Below, in pieces: positions 8,160 through 17,644 of a stretch of DNA of 59,888 nt. Origin of the DNA: a virus (Duplodnaviria > Caudoviricetes); the IMG/VR virus record IMGVR_UViG_3300037461_000559, positions 1 to 59,888 of that record; one strand, written 5' to 3'. Both the position numbers and the translations under genes were made by a program. Numbering within the stretch: position 1 is the first letter of the stretch; every line of letters begins with the position of its first letter. The notes below the pieces were generated by a model. The model saw only the letters and a program-made list of their open reading frames with translations. It was not told where the DNA came from and ran no database searches.

Positions 8160-9644
8160 ATGGGATTAATTGAACGGGCTTCCCGCGCGGCTGGAATTCT
8201 TCTTGGAATCAATCCAACCAATTCGACTTCTTCGGCACCCCCGACCGCGCGTGCCCGTACAGTCATTGGCGACCCTTTCATGGCTGGGCAAACGATTTGG
8301 AATCAGGATAATTATGCCCAGTTGTCAAAAGAGGGATACCGGAATTGCGTGATCGCGTATCGGTGCGTGAATGAAAAATCGGATGCGTTTTCGTCCGTGC
8401 CCTGGACCATGTTTCGGAAAACCGCAGCCGGCCGTGAACGGGTCATGCAGCATCCCGCGTTGGATTTACTGGATCGGCCGAATCCGAAGATGGGTGGCGC
8501 GGCGTGGCGGGCCATGTGGGCTGCCTATTTTGAGATTTCGGGAAATTCGTTTACGGAAGCAATCCGTGTAACCGGGGGCCAACCGACCGAATTGTGGTTG
8601 TGGAGGCCGGACAGGGTAAAGCCAGAGGCCGGCAAGAACGGCGCGCTGGTGGCCTATGTTTATGCGGATCCGATGAATCCGGGGAATCCGAAAAAGGTTT
8701 GGCCGGTGAACCAAGTTACGCTGCAAAGCAATATGCACCAGGCCAAGAAATTCAATCCCATGGACGATTACTGGGGCCTTTCCCCGTTGATGGCAGCGAG
8801 TAAAGCCATTGACACGCACAACGCCTACACCACTTGGAACAAGCGGCTTTTGGACAACGCGGCAATTCCGCGCGGCGTGGTTGAAGTGCCCGGGAATTTG
8901 GACGATAAAGAGTTTGAGGAATTGAAACAGCAGTTCATTGAGGAATACGTTGGTTCCTTGAACGCTGGCAAGCCGTTGATCCTTGAAGGCGGCATGACCT
9001 GGAAAACCGTGGCCTTTACTCCCACGGAAATGGATTGGTTGAACGGCCAGAAAACAACGGCCCTGGACGTATGCCGGGCTTACGGAGTACCAGGCCAGTT
9101 ACTTTCCATCGAAGATCCCACTTACAATAACTACAAGGAAGCCCGCGCGGCATTCTGGGAAAACACGGTCAACAACATCCTGACGTATTTCCGTGATGAA
9201 ATGCAAAACTGGTTGCTCCCAATGTACGGCGAATCGGATCTGGAATTGGATTACGATTTGCGGGAAGTTCCGGCATTCGCGGAACGGCGGGATGCTTCCT
9301 GGGAACGGGCAATCAAATCCGAAGCATTCCTGACGGTGAATGAACGGCGCGCGATCCTTGATTATCCGGAAACGGACGGCGGGGACGTGATCCTGGTGCC
9401 TTGGGGTATGCAAGCCCTATCCCCGGATGAGCCCAACATGGGCGTGGGCATCGGGCAAGCGGAAACCCCTATGGAGCCGTCTGGCAGCGCGCCGGAGGCG
9501 GGGGGTGAAGAAAATGGCGAAGAAAAAGAAGAAAGCCGGGAAAAAGTGCGGTTTATCCGGATGCTGAAAGAAGCCGGGTGGAAAGACAAGGACATTGACG
9601 CGCAGGTGAAATTGGCCGGGTGGGCTTCAAATACCGCAGAGTAG
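8160..9644 (+). CDS. Portal protein, HK97 family
   Basis: AYRCVN, HPALDLLDRPNP, YWGLSPL, NAGKPLILEGGM, LTVNERRA. Confidence 0.95.
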   Translation: MGLIERASRAAGILLGINPTNSTSSAPPTARARTVIGDPFMAGQTIWNQDNYAQLSKEGYRNCVIAYRCVNEKSDAFSSVPWTMFRKTAAGRERVMQHPALDLLDRPNPKMGGAAWRAMWAAYFEISGNSFTEAIRVTGGQPTELWLWRPDRVKPEAGKNGALVAYVYADPMNPGNPKKVWPVNQVTLQSNMHQAKKFNPMDDYWGLSPLMAASKAIDTHNAYTTWNKRLLDNAAIPRGVVEVPGNLDDKEFEELKQQFIEEYVGSLNAGKPLILEGGMTWKTVAFTPTEMDWLNGQKTTALDVCRAYGVPGQLLSIEDPTYNNYKEARAAFWENTVNNILTYFRDEMQNWLLPMYGESDLELDYDLREVPAFAERRDASWERAIKSEAFLTVNERRAILDYPETDGGDVILVPWGMQALSPDEPNMGVGIGQAETPMEPSGSAPEAGGEENGEEKEESREKVRFIRMLKEAGWKDKDIDAQVKLAGWASNTAE

Positions 9645-9653
9645 GGGTGGGGT

Positions 9654-10325
9654 ATGGTTATTTCGCTACAAGACATTCCGTTTTTTGATCTGGTGGTTCC
9701 TGGTCCCCAGGGGGTGCGCTGCGCCTATACGGTGCCGGCCCTGGCCAGGCCGTTTGCCAATGAGCACGCTTGCCGGCACGAAGATCCTGACAAGTACGAA
9801 GCAATCCGCCGGGAAAATAACTGGCAGGAGCATGAAGGCAAACGTATGGATGCGATCTGGGGCATTACGTCCGGGGGCGTGGTGGAATTGCAATCTGTGC
9901 GGTATCCGGCTGGCGAATGGGCGGCCGACGATGCCCGCGCGCATTGTAAGAGCCATGGCGGAATTTCCTTTGAAGCGGCCACTTCGGCGCGCGGGGCTAT
10001 CCCATACCATGACTATGGCCTGGCAGCGGAAAGCGTGCCCTGGGACGGACCCAGGGAAATGGCCGCAGCATCCGTGGAAACCTTGCGGGATATTTGCGCC
10101 TGGTACGATGGTGAAAATCCTGATTTGAAGGGCAGTTACAAGTTGCCCCATCACAGGGGCAGCGACAAAAAGGCGGTTTGGCGCGGCGTGGCGGCAGCCA
10201 TGGGGGCCTTGCTGGGTGCGCGCGGCGGGGTGGACATACCAGCCGGCGACAAGCGCGGAGTGTATCGGCACCTTGCTAGGCATTATACGGCTTTCGGAAA
10301 GGAAGTGCCGGAATTCCAGGCCTGA
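9654..10325 (+). CDS. Head-module hypothetical protein (SYKLPHH domain)
   Basis: RPFANEHACR and GSYKLPHH..VWRGVAAAMGALLGARGGVDIP segments; position after portal. Confidence 0.7.
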   Translation: MVISLQDIPFFDLVVPGPQGVRCAYTVPALARPFANEHACRHEDPDKYEAIRRENNWQEHEGKRMDAIWGITSGGVVELQSVRYPAGEWAADDARAHCKSHGGISFEAATSARGAIPYHDYGLAAESVPWDGPREMAAASVETLRDICAWYDGENPDLKGSYKLPHHRGSDKKAVWRGVAAAMGALLGARGGVDIPAGDKRGVYRHLARHYTAFGKEVPEFQA

Positions 10326-10384
10326 TTGTCAATCCAAAGGATGCGAATGCCAAGGCATCCTGGGCGCACCTTGCCCTGAAAACC

Positions 10385-11206
10385 ATGGAGGGGCTTGAAG
10401 CCACCATACGGGCTAGTATAAGGGCAATTATACTAGAACAGGCGGCGACCGCGCGCGGGATTTACCTGGCCACGGGGTCATTGGCTGCGGCGGAATCGGC
10501 CGTGGAAACGGTTGGCCGGGAAGATTGGCCAGGGGTGATCCAGCCGTATTGGCGGCGGGTGATGCGCATTTTTGGTGAGTTGTTTTTTCAAGATTTGACG
10601 GGTACTTTGCAGCCAGGCCGATCCATTTTACCAACCAGTTTTTCGTTGATCGGGCGCGCTAACCCTTTTGAAACCGTGTTGCCAACGGCCACTTTCTTTT
10701 CCATTTTTTCCATGAGCGTAGAGGAATTTATTATAGCAGAAACGGCCACTTACATTCAGGACGTGGACAATACAACCAAGGCCGGCGTGCGCCGGGCCGT
10801 GGAAACGGGCATGGCAGAAGGGATGAACACGGCGGGGATTGCCGCGCGGATCTACGATTTTGTGGGGGGCCCGGCGGGGGAAATCGCGGCTTTCCGGTCG
10901 GACAGGATTGCCAGAACGGAAACCGGGATGGCGGCGAATTACGCTTGTTTTTCCGGGGCCGAATCCACTGGGCTGCGCATGACCAAAATGTGGAATGCCG
11001 TGAACGATATGCGCACGCGCAAAACCCATGCTGCGGCCAATGGCCAGCGGGTAGGGATGAAAGAATACTTCCTGGTGGGCGGAGCGCACCTGATGTATCC
11101 CCAGGATCCGAGCCCAACGGTGCCGGCCAGGGAACGCATAAACTGCCGGTGCGTGCTGAATTACGAAGTGGACCAGAGCGAATTCACCAAAAAAGGATGG
11201 TTTTGA
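10385..11206 (+). CDS. Head morphogenesis protein, Mu gpF / SPP1 gp7 family
   Basis: RIARTET, KMWNAVNDMRTRKTH..ANGQ, ERINCRC. Confidence 0.9.
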   Translation: MEGLEATIRASIRAIILEQAATARGIYLATGSLAAAESAVETVGREDWPGVIQPYWRRVMRIFGELFFQDLTGTLQPGRSILPTSFSLIGRANPFETVLPTATFFSIFSMSVEEFIIAETATYIQDVDNTTKAGVRRAVETGMAEGMNTAGIAARIYDFVGGPAGEIAAFRSDRIARTETGMAANYACFSGAESTGLRMTKMWNAVNDMRTRKTHAAANGQRVGMKEYFLVGGAHLMYPQDPSPTVPARERINCRCVLNYEVDQSEFTKKGWF

Positions 11207-11209
11207 ACC

Positions 11210-11821
11210 ATGGACAAAGACGGGCGCGGGAATTGGGTGTTCCCAGGGGAAAGCCAGGGATTGCTTCCAGTGGAGGAAATCATGGCGCGGTTGTTACCGG
11301 GGGATGTGGTTTTTGAATCGTCCAGCACCCTGTTGAGCCGGCTGATTTCCTGGGTTTCCCGGGATGCTGCGGTGAAAAACTGGGTTCCTTCTCATGTGGA
11401 AATCGTGACGGGATACAGTGTCCCGCGCGGGGCAATTACTTTTTCTGCGGAGGCGCGCGGGTATATCCCCCGGGCCTTGCGCCGGCTATTCGATTTGCAT
11501 TCCAGGGTGGAAATTTGGCGGCCCCTGGGCCTGGAAGAAATCGAACGTAAGCGGCTGAAAAGGCAGGCATTTTTCTTGTCTGTTGACGATGAAGGGTACG
11601 GGGTGGCCGAATTCCTATCTTTCGGGTTGACTTTCATCAAACCAAAGGCCGGGAACAGGCAGAACATTTGTTCAGAGGCCGTAGTTCGGGTTTTCAACGC
11701 TGCCGGGCTGCCCTTGTTTGGAAACCAGGATCCGGAAAAGTTGCGGCCGTCTGACATTTACAAGCGGGTGGTGCTCAACCAGGACACCGGACTGAAATTC
11801 GGATTGGTGGCTGTCATATAA
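11210..11821 (+). CDS. Permuted papain-like (YaeF/YiiX, C92 NlpC/P60) hydrolase
   Basis: LLPGDVVF..SHVEIV..ICSEAVVRVFNAAG (His precedes Cys). Confidence 0.75.
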   Translation: MDKDGRGNWVFPGESQGLLPVEEIMARLLPGDVVFESSSTLLSRLISWVSRDAAVKNWVPSHVEIVTGYSVPRGAITFSAEARGYIPRALRRLFDLHSRVEIWRPLGLEEIERKRLKRQAFFLSVDDEGYGVAEFLSFGLTFIKPKAGNRQNICSEAVVRVFNAAGLPLFGNQDPEKLRPSDIYKRVVLNQDTGLKFGLVAVI

Positions 11822-11851
11822 ATTTTTCCAGTTTTGGAGTATAATCCAGGG

Positions 11852-11880
11852 TTGACAATCAGTTGACTTTGGAATATACT
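11852..11880 (+). promoter_or_regulatory. Sigma70-type promoter TTGACA-17-TATACT for protease/capsid genes, within an inverted repeat
   Basis: Near-consensus hexamers; TTGGAGTATA (11834-11843) and TATACTCCAA (11875-11884). Confidence 0.75.
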
Positions 11881-11900
11881 CCAAGCAGAGGTATGCCATT

Positions 11901-12575
11901 ATGGAGCATCTTGAAGTTAGGTTCCGCGCAGAAAATGCCACGGATGAGGGAGTGTTTGAAGGCCGGGCTTCTGCATTCAACGTGATAGAACCTGGCTACA
12001 ATACGCGATTCCGCTTTGGCGCATTCTCCCGCACGTTGGCAAATCGAAACATTCTGGAAATCAAACACCTTCTTGGACATGAGGCCAAGCCGCGTTCGGT
12101 GGTCGGGGTTTGGGATGAAGTCAAACAGGATGCAGAAGGCCTTTCTGTGCGCGGCCGGTTGCTGATGGAATTGCAGGATGCCAAGGATACCCTGGTTCGA
12201 TTGAAAGCGGGGGCTTTGGATTGTCTTTCCATTGGCTTTGAACCTGTACGTTGGGAAGATGTACGGGAAGCCAATGGGCAGATGATTCGTGATTTTCTTG
12301 ACGTGGACCTTTGGGAAATATCCCATGTTGTATTCGGGGGCAATCCTGGTGCCAAGGTTGCTTTGGGGACCGTGCGCACCACAATACGGGGATTGGCTGG
12401 AAACCCACGGGAATTGGAGCGCGCCTTGCGTGATGCTGGGATTAGCGAAAAAGATTCCAAGTGGATTGTTTCCAAGTGCAAGGAATTGCCGGATTCCATG
12501 CAAGAAATCGAATCCCTGAATGGCTTGCTTACCGCAATACGCGACACAAATCTCAAATTGAAAGGACAAGGGTAA
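11901..12575 (+). CDS. Prohead protease, HK97 family
   Basis: GVFEGRASAFN, LLGH, LSIGF, DLWEISHV. Confidence 0.93.
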   Translation: MEHLEVRFRAENATDEGVFEGRASAFNVIEPGYNTRFRFGAFSRTLANRNILEIKHLLGHEAKPRSVVGVWDEVKQDAEGLSVRGRLLMELQDAKDTLVRLKAGALDCLSIGFEPVRWEDVREANGQMIRDFLDVDLWEISHVVFGGNPGAKVALGTVRTTIRGLAGNPRELERALRDAGISEKDSKWIVSKCKELPDSMQEIESLNGLLTAIRDTNLKLKGQG

Positions 12576-13997
12576 ATGCCTTCTAATCTTTTGACCCGTG
12601 AAGGCGATCCGGCTCCGGCGATTACGCTGGAAACGATTGCCACCAACGTCCGGGCCCTAGGCGATAGCGCAAAAGAGCAGAACGACCGGATCCAGCGCGA
12701 ATGGGCACAGTTCAAGGAAACTCTGAATGGCGCGCAGGGCCGCGTTTCTGCGGAAACCGAAGAAAAACTGAATCGCCTTTCGGCCAGCATCGTGGAGCGT
12801 ATGACGGCCATGGAAAACGGCCAGAAATCCCGTTTGGATTCTCTGGAAACCGCTTTGCAGCGCACGTCTTTCGCGCCGGCCGCCGGGGCTTCCCTGATTA
12901 CCCGGGAGCACGTTGCGGAGTGGATGGCCACCCGCGCGGCTTTCGATCAGGGCGTGGAAATTCCCGATGAGGGGTTCTGCCCGGATGCCATTCGGCAAGA
13001 GCACGTTGACGCTTTCCTGACCTATCGCAAGGCATTCCGTGCCTATCTGCGCAAGGGCGGGGACGATCCCAAGAACATGGTTCCGGAAATCGTACGCGAA
13101 TTGTCCGTTGGCGTGGATCCGGAGGGCGGCTACTTCGTCACCCCCGCGATTTCCGCGCGCATTCGCGCAAAGATTTTCGACAAGAATCCCATGCGGGAAA
13201 TCGCCGGCATGGAAACGATTTCCACGGATGCCCTGGAAGTCCTGATCGACTACGACGATCTGGATGTGGACACGGCGGCTGAAAAACAGGCCCGCGTCCC
13301 CACTTCCACCCCGGAAATCGGCAAGATCCGGATCGTGGCCCAGGAGTACACCGCTTCTCCGCTGGCCACGCAGAAGTTCTTGGAAGATTCCGCCGTGGAC
13401 GCGGAGGCCTGGCTGGGCCGCAAACTTGGCGACAAGTTTGCGCGCAAAGAGGGCTACGACATGGTGCTGGGTGACGGCGTGAACCGTTGTTCGGGCTTTA
13501 TGAACACCACGGTTTATCCGTCCGTTACCACGGAGCCGAGTTGGGCCCTGCACCAGATCCAGACCATCAATTCCGGAAGCACGTCTGGCCTTTCCTACGA
13601 TGGCATCACGGAAATCCTGGCGAATCTGAAAGAGGATTACCACCGGAATGCCATTTGGGTGATGAAGCGCGCTGCCATTGGCCAGGTGATGCGGATCAAG
13701 GACGGGGACGACCGTTACATTTTCGCGCCTGTGATGATGGACGCTGGGCGGCTGATGATGACTCTGATGGGCTACCCCATCCGGTTCTTCGATGCCATGC
13801 CGCTTCCGGCCAACAACATTCTGGCTTACGCCTTTGGCGATTTCCGCGAAGGTTACACTATCGCGGATCGCATTGGCATGAGCACCCTGCGCGATCCGTA
13901 CACTCGCAAGCCGTTTGTGGAATACTACACCCGGCGGCGCGTGGGCGGCGGCGTGACCAATTTTGACGCGATCAAGCGCGTGAAGTGCGCAGCGTAA
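12576..13997 (+). CDS. Major capsid protein, HK97 fold
   Basis: Coiled-coil delta domain, LSVGVDPEGGYFV, AFGDFREGYTIADRIG, RDPYT..YYTRRRVGG. Confidence 0.96.
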   Translation: MPSNLLTREGDPAPAITLETIATNVRALGDSAKEQNDRIQREWAQFKETLNGAQGRVSAETEEKLNRLSASIVERMTAMENGQKSRLDSLETALQRTSFAPAAGASLITREHVAEWMATRAAFDQGVEIPDEGFCPDAIRQEHVDAFLTYRKAFRAYLRKGGDDPKNMVPEIVRELSVGVDPEGGYFVTPAISARIRAKIFDKNPMREIAGMETISTDALEVLIDYDDLDVDTAAEKQARVPTSTPEIGKIRIVAQEYTASPLATQKFLEDSAVDAEAWLGRKLGDKFARKEGYDMVLGDGVNRCSGFMNTTVYPSVTTEPSWALHQIQTINSGSTSGLSYDGITEILANLKEDYHRNAIWVMKRAAIGQVMRIKDGDDRYIFAPVMMDAGRLMMTLMGYPIRFFDAMPLPANNILAYAFGDFREGYTIADRIGMSTLRDPYTRKPFVEYYTRRRVGGGVTNFDAIKRVKCAA

Positions 13998-14024
13998 TCG
14001 CGTAGAAAGGGAGAAAATCTGACA

Positions 14025-14492
14025 ATGCGTGACCTACACAACAATCTGGCGATTGCCCAGAATATCAAACCCCAGGCGATTGCCACGTCTGGCAACGTGT
14101 CCGGGGCTACCGTGGACCTGGCCGGCTTTGATGCGGCCGAGTTGGTGGCCAGCGTTGGAACGGCCGGCGTGACCCTGTGCGCCACGATCCGTTTTGATGT
14201 GTTTCTGGAAGGCGCACCGGACAACGGTACGGGTGCCCCCGGGAGTTGGACCGCGATCACTGACGCTGACGATGTGATCGGGGCCATGGCGGATATTGCC
14301 ACTGGCAAGGTGGTGGCGATTGACAGCGCGGCCAAGGACGATCAGGCCTACAAGATCGGCGTGGTGAATGCGGCGACCGGATCCCGCCGTTTTGTCCGTT
14401 TGCGTATCGCAGCGGTCGGAACGCACGGCACCGGCACCCCGTTCGATGCCATTTCGATTCTGGGCTGCCCGGCCAACGCGCCGGTAGCGTAG
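14025..14492 (+). CDS. Putative head decoration/structural protein
   Basis: Directly after capsid; Ala/Gly/Thr-rich; strong RBS. Confidence 0.6.
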   Translation: MRDLHNNLAIAQNIKPQAIATSGNVSGATVDLAGFDAAELVASVGTAGVTLCATIRFDVFLEGAPDNGTGAPGSWTAITDADDVIGAMADIATGKVVAIDSAAKDDQAYKIGVVNAATGSRRFVRLRIAAVGTHGTGTPFDAISILGCPANAPVA

Positions 14493-14533
14493 TCTGGTAG
14501 CCGGGCAACCGGCACCAGGCATGAGAAGTTGAA

Positions 14534-14589
14534 TTGGGGGCCACGGTTTTGGAATACGGCCGATCCAAGGCCGTGGCCCCCAAGTTTTT
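14534..14589 (+). terminator. Intrinsic terminator after capsid genes
   Basis: TTGGGGGCCACGGTTTTGGA...TCCAAGGCCGTGGCCCCCAA followed by a T-run. Confidence 0.7.
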
Positions 14590-14601
14590 AAGGGGTGGAC
14601 G

Positions 14602-14856
14602 ATGGCGGCGTCATTGACCGAAACGAAAAAGGTTAGAATTCTAGTCACTGGCCTAGGTTCTTGTGACCAGATCCATGCCAAGCCATACCATGCCGGCGAA
14701 ATTTACGATGTGCCCAGCAAAAACATGACAACGGAATTGGCAGAAGTCATGGTGGCTGATTCAAAAGCCGAATGGGTGCATGATCGTAAATCCGCCCCAG
14801 CAAATCGGGATCTGGGTGTAGCCCCCATGAACCGGGCCACAAGGGATCGGGCATGA
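14602..14856 (+). CDS. Small virion-module hypothetical protein
   Basis: RBS; ATGA overlap with the next gene. Confidence 0.7.
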   Translation: MAASLTETKKVRILVTGLGSCDQIHAKPYHAGEIYDVPSKNMTTELAEVMVADSKAEWVHDRKSAPANRDLGVAPMNRATRDRA

Positions 14857-15428
14857 CATACCAAACCACAGCATTTTCCCGGGTAACTGCGCCGAGCATT
14901 CTACCCGTTAATTTGACGGAATTGAAACAGTTTTCCCGCATTGACATTGACGCGGAGGATGCGATTCTGTGCGCATTCCTGTCTGCGGCCACCGAAAACG
15001 TGGAAGCGTATGTACGGCGCGCGTTATTGACGCAGACTTGGCAATACGCGATTTCCGAATGGCCAGGCAGCAGGGTACTCCGCGTGCCCAGGCCACCGTT
15101 GATCCAGGTGAATTGGATTCGCATTCTTGATGATGCCGGGGGATACGAAACGCTTTGCGCCACGCTTTACTACTTGAACAAGCGGTCCCATCCGGGGGAA
15201 ATCATCTTGACCAATACCGCCACGTTTATTGCGCCTACCCGGTATCCGTATGGCATTGAAATGGAAATTCGGTGCGGGTATGGAAACGCGGCGGCGAATG
15301 TGCCCATGGAATTGCGGCAAGCCATTTTGGCTTGGGCTTCAAAGATGTATGAAGAACGGGTGCCGATGAAAAAGCCGCCCATGGACGTGGCGGAAATGCT
15401 TGCACCGTGGCGGGTGCCGATGATATGA
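14853..15428 (+). CDS. Head-tail connector (gp6-like)
   Basis: PVNLTELKQFSRID..ED..AATENVEAYVRRALLTQTW; GYG..VPMELRQAIL. Confidence 0.9.
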   Translation: MTYQTTAFSRVTAPSILPVNLTELKQFSRIDIDAEDAILCAFLSAATENVEAYVRRALLTQTWQYAISEWPGSRVLRVPRPPLIQVNWIRILDDAGGYETLCATLYYLNKRSHPGEIILTNTATFIAPTRYPYGIEMEIRCGYGNAAANVPMELRQAILAWASKMYEERVPMKKPPMDVAEMLAPWRVPMI

Positions 15429-16120
15429 CGCGGCTTGCGTATCGAATGCAGGACCGTATCCGCCTTGAAAAGAAGGTGCAGGTTCCGGTATCTGAAACCA
15501 ATTTTGCTGGATTTCGGGACACCTATATCAGCGTTGCCGAAAGTCTGATTTCCAACGGCGATTTTTCGGCCGGCTGCGCGTCTTGGCTTTTGTGCGCCGG
15601 CTGGACGATTGCTAACTCCCAGGCCACTTGTGACGGCACCCAGACAGGGAATACTTCGCTGGCGCAATCGGTTGTGCTGGTGCCCGGCAAAAAGTACGAT
15701 GTGGGCTTTTTCGTTTTGAGCATTTCAGCCGGATCCGTGCGGGCATTGGTAGGCGATACCCTGGGGACGGCGCGCACCACGGCGGGGTACTGGCAGGAAC
15801 AGATCGTGGCAGGGGCCGGGGGCACGCTGGGGATCCAGGGGGATGCTTCTTTTGCCGGCGTGGTTACGTTGGTCATGGCTGCGGAAGTGGTGGAGGTTTG
15901 GGCGGAAGTCAAGCAATACCTTTTCGGGGAATGGGTCGGGGGCAAGCAAATTCGGGAAACCGAAACCATGCGCGCCACTTTCCGTTACCGTAAAGATTTT
16001 GAAAGCGACCATTTCATTTACCACGTTGGCCAGGACAAACGATACAAACTGACGCAATTCCGGCACGTTGAGTACGAGTACATTGAAGCGGCCATAGAGG
16101 AAATTGAAGATGCCGCCTAG
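15425..16120 (+). CDS. Head-closure/adaptor protein with an inserted beta-rich domain
   Basis: RMQDRIRLEK N-terminus and VWAEVK..TFRYRKD C-terminus typical of head-tail adaptors, separated by ~115 extra aa. Confidence 0.65.
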   Translation: MTRLAYRMQDRIRLEKKVQVPVSETNFAGFRDTYISVAESLISNGDFSAGCASWLLCAGWTIANSQATCDGTQTGNTSLAQSVVLVPGKKYDVGFFVLSISAGSVRALVGDTLGTARTTAGYWQEQIVAGAGGTLGIQGDASFAGVVTLVMAAEVVEVWAEVKQYLFGEWVGGKQIRETETMRATFRYRKDFESDHFIYHVGQDKRYKLTQFRHVEYEYIEAAIEEIEDAA

Positions 16121-16709
16121 ATATACCAGAATCACTACCAATATCCCGCGTCTGGAATTGCGGCTGCAACCTTTCACGGATCCGCCGGAATTGGTATTTT
16201 ATTTGCAACGCTGGCCTTCTTTGGCGACAAACCGCGTGTACCGCGCGCTGGTGGCTTCTGCCTATGCAATTCAAGGGCGGATTCGGCAATCCTTACAAGC
16301 CGGGGGGAAATCCGGTAGGGTGTACCCCTGGAAAGTTGCAACCAAGGCGGAAAAGCCGGATTTATGGGTTGGGCCGATGCCCAATGGTTTCGTACTTCCG
16401 GCCGTCTTGCGCCCCAAGCCGCATATTGCAAGCGCGCCTGGCCAGGCCCCAGCCACGGATACCGGCCTTCTTGTCAAACGGTGGATCGTGGAACAGGAAA
16501 AGGCCTACCGGGAAGTTACGGTGGGCACCACGTTGAAATACGCTGCCTACTTGGAATACGGGGCCCTGAATGCCAAGATCGATCCGCGCCCATCTTTCCG
16601 GCCGGCGGTCAATGCCGAAATACCGTATATGCTGGCCAGGGTGAATGCAGCGTTGGGAGCCATGATCAAGAATCCTACTTTGGGCCCAGGATTCAGCACA
16701 ATCCTATGA
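16110..16709 (+). CDS. Neck/tail-completion protein (HK97 gp10-like)
   Basis: HIASAPGQAPATDTG, YAAYLEYG, PRPSFRPA. Confidence 0.8.
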   Translation: MPPRYTRITTNIPRLELRLQPFTDPPELVFYLQRWPSLATNRVYRALVASAYAIQGRIRQSLQAGGKSGRVYPWKVATKAEKPDLWVGPMPNGFVLPAVLRPKPHIASAPGQAPATDTGLLVKRWIVEQEKAYREVTVGTTLKYAAYLEYGALNAKIDPRPSFRPAVNAEIPYMLARVNAALGAMIKNPTLGPGFSTIL

Positions 16710-17416
16710 AAATTTCACCCATCATTTTACGCATTCGGACAGCAGAAACGGCTCTGGGCCAGCGTGTAGGCGGCGTGGCCGATTTGAATGCGGTAACAGA
16801 GGAAACTTTCCAGACCGGATTGCCTCTGGGGTATGTGCTGCACCTTGGGGATCTGGCCGTGGACAATGACAATGATACCGGAACGTCCCAATTAGTTCGG
16901 GATCGGATCGGCGTTGTCGTTTGCATGGACAACCGGAATGACAAGCAAGGGCTGAAAGCGCACGATGAAGCGGACGATATTCGCGTTCAAATTGACGGTG
17001 CGATTTTGGCCTGGACCCCGCCCGGCTATGAAACGGCAATCGAGTACCGGGGAAGTAGTTTGGTGGAAATGAACCGGGCCTACCTTTGGTGGATGTACGA
17101 ATATTCCGCTGACCGGCGGCTCACGGAATTGGACGGTGTAGATCCGGAAGATATTTATGGCCCCTGGGTTGATTTTCTGCGGTTTTGGGGCTATATTCAA
17201 GCGACCCATACGCCATTTACCGGCGTTGTGGACTTTACCGTTGCCGAGCCCCCTAGTCCGGTAAACCAGGAGGTTTGGCTAAACATGGGCACGGGTAATG
17301 GTTCCGTGACGGGCCAACCCGTTGTCAAGAATACGGTATATTCCTGGGACATTGGAAGTGGAGAATGGCAGGTAGTTCCATTCGATGTGGAAACATTGGT
17401 GGAATTGCCCCAGTAA
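16706..17416 (+). CDS. Putative tail terminator/completion protein
   Basis: ATG 16706 overlapping the previous stop; ILAWTPPG; position before sheath. Confidence 0.65.
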   Translation: MKISPIILRIRTAETALGQRVGGVADLNAVTEETFQTGLPLGYVLHLGDLAVDNDNDTGTSQLVRDRIGVVVCMDNRNDKQGLKAHDEADDIRVQIDGAILAWTPPGYETAIEYRGSSLVEMNRAYLWWMYEYSADRRLTELDGVDPEDIYGPWVDFLRFWGYIQATHTPFTGVVDFTVAEPPSPVNQEVWLNMGTGNGSVTGQPVVKNTVYSWDIGSGEWQVVPFDVETLVELPQ

Positions 17417-17428
17417 AAGGGAGGATTT

Positions 17429-17644
17429 ATGCCTGATTTGAGAATCCTATTTGTTCCGAAATCTGGCCTGGTGATCCGCGATCCAGTTTCCGGCAGGGTC
17501 GTGCCGCCAAGCGGGATTTTGGTGCAGGATTCCAAATTTTGGCGGCGGCGGGCTGCGGAGGGGTCGGGTGAAATTGCTGACGGTTCCACCCCCGTTTCGC
17601 GTCCCCCGGATAAACAAAAAGAAGTACGGAGGGTGAAGGAATGA
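17429..17644 (+). CDS. DUF2635 / Mu gp38-like small protein
   Basis: FVPKSGLVIRDPVSG..FWRRR; position before a Mu-type sheath. Confidence 0.8.
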   Translation: MPDLRILFVPKSGLVIRDPVSGRVVPPSGILVQDSKFWRRRAAEGSGEIADGSTPVSRPPDKQKEVRRVKE

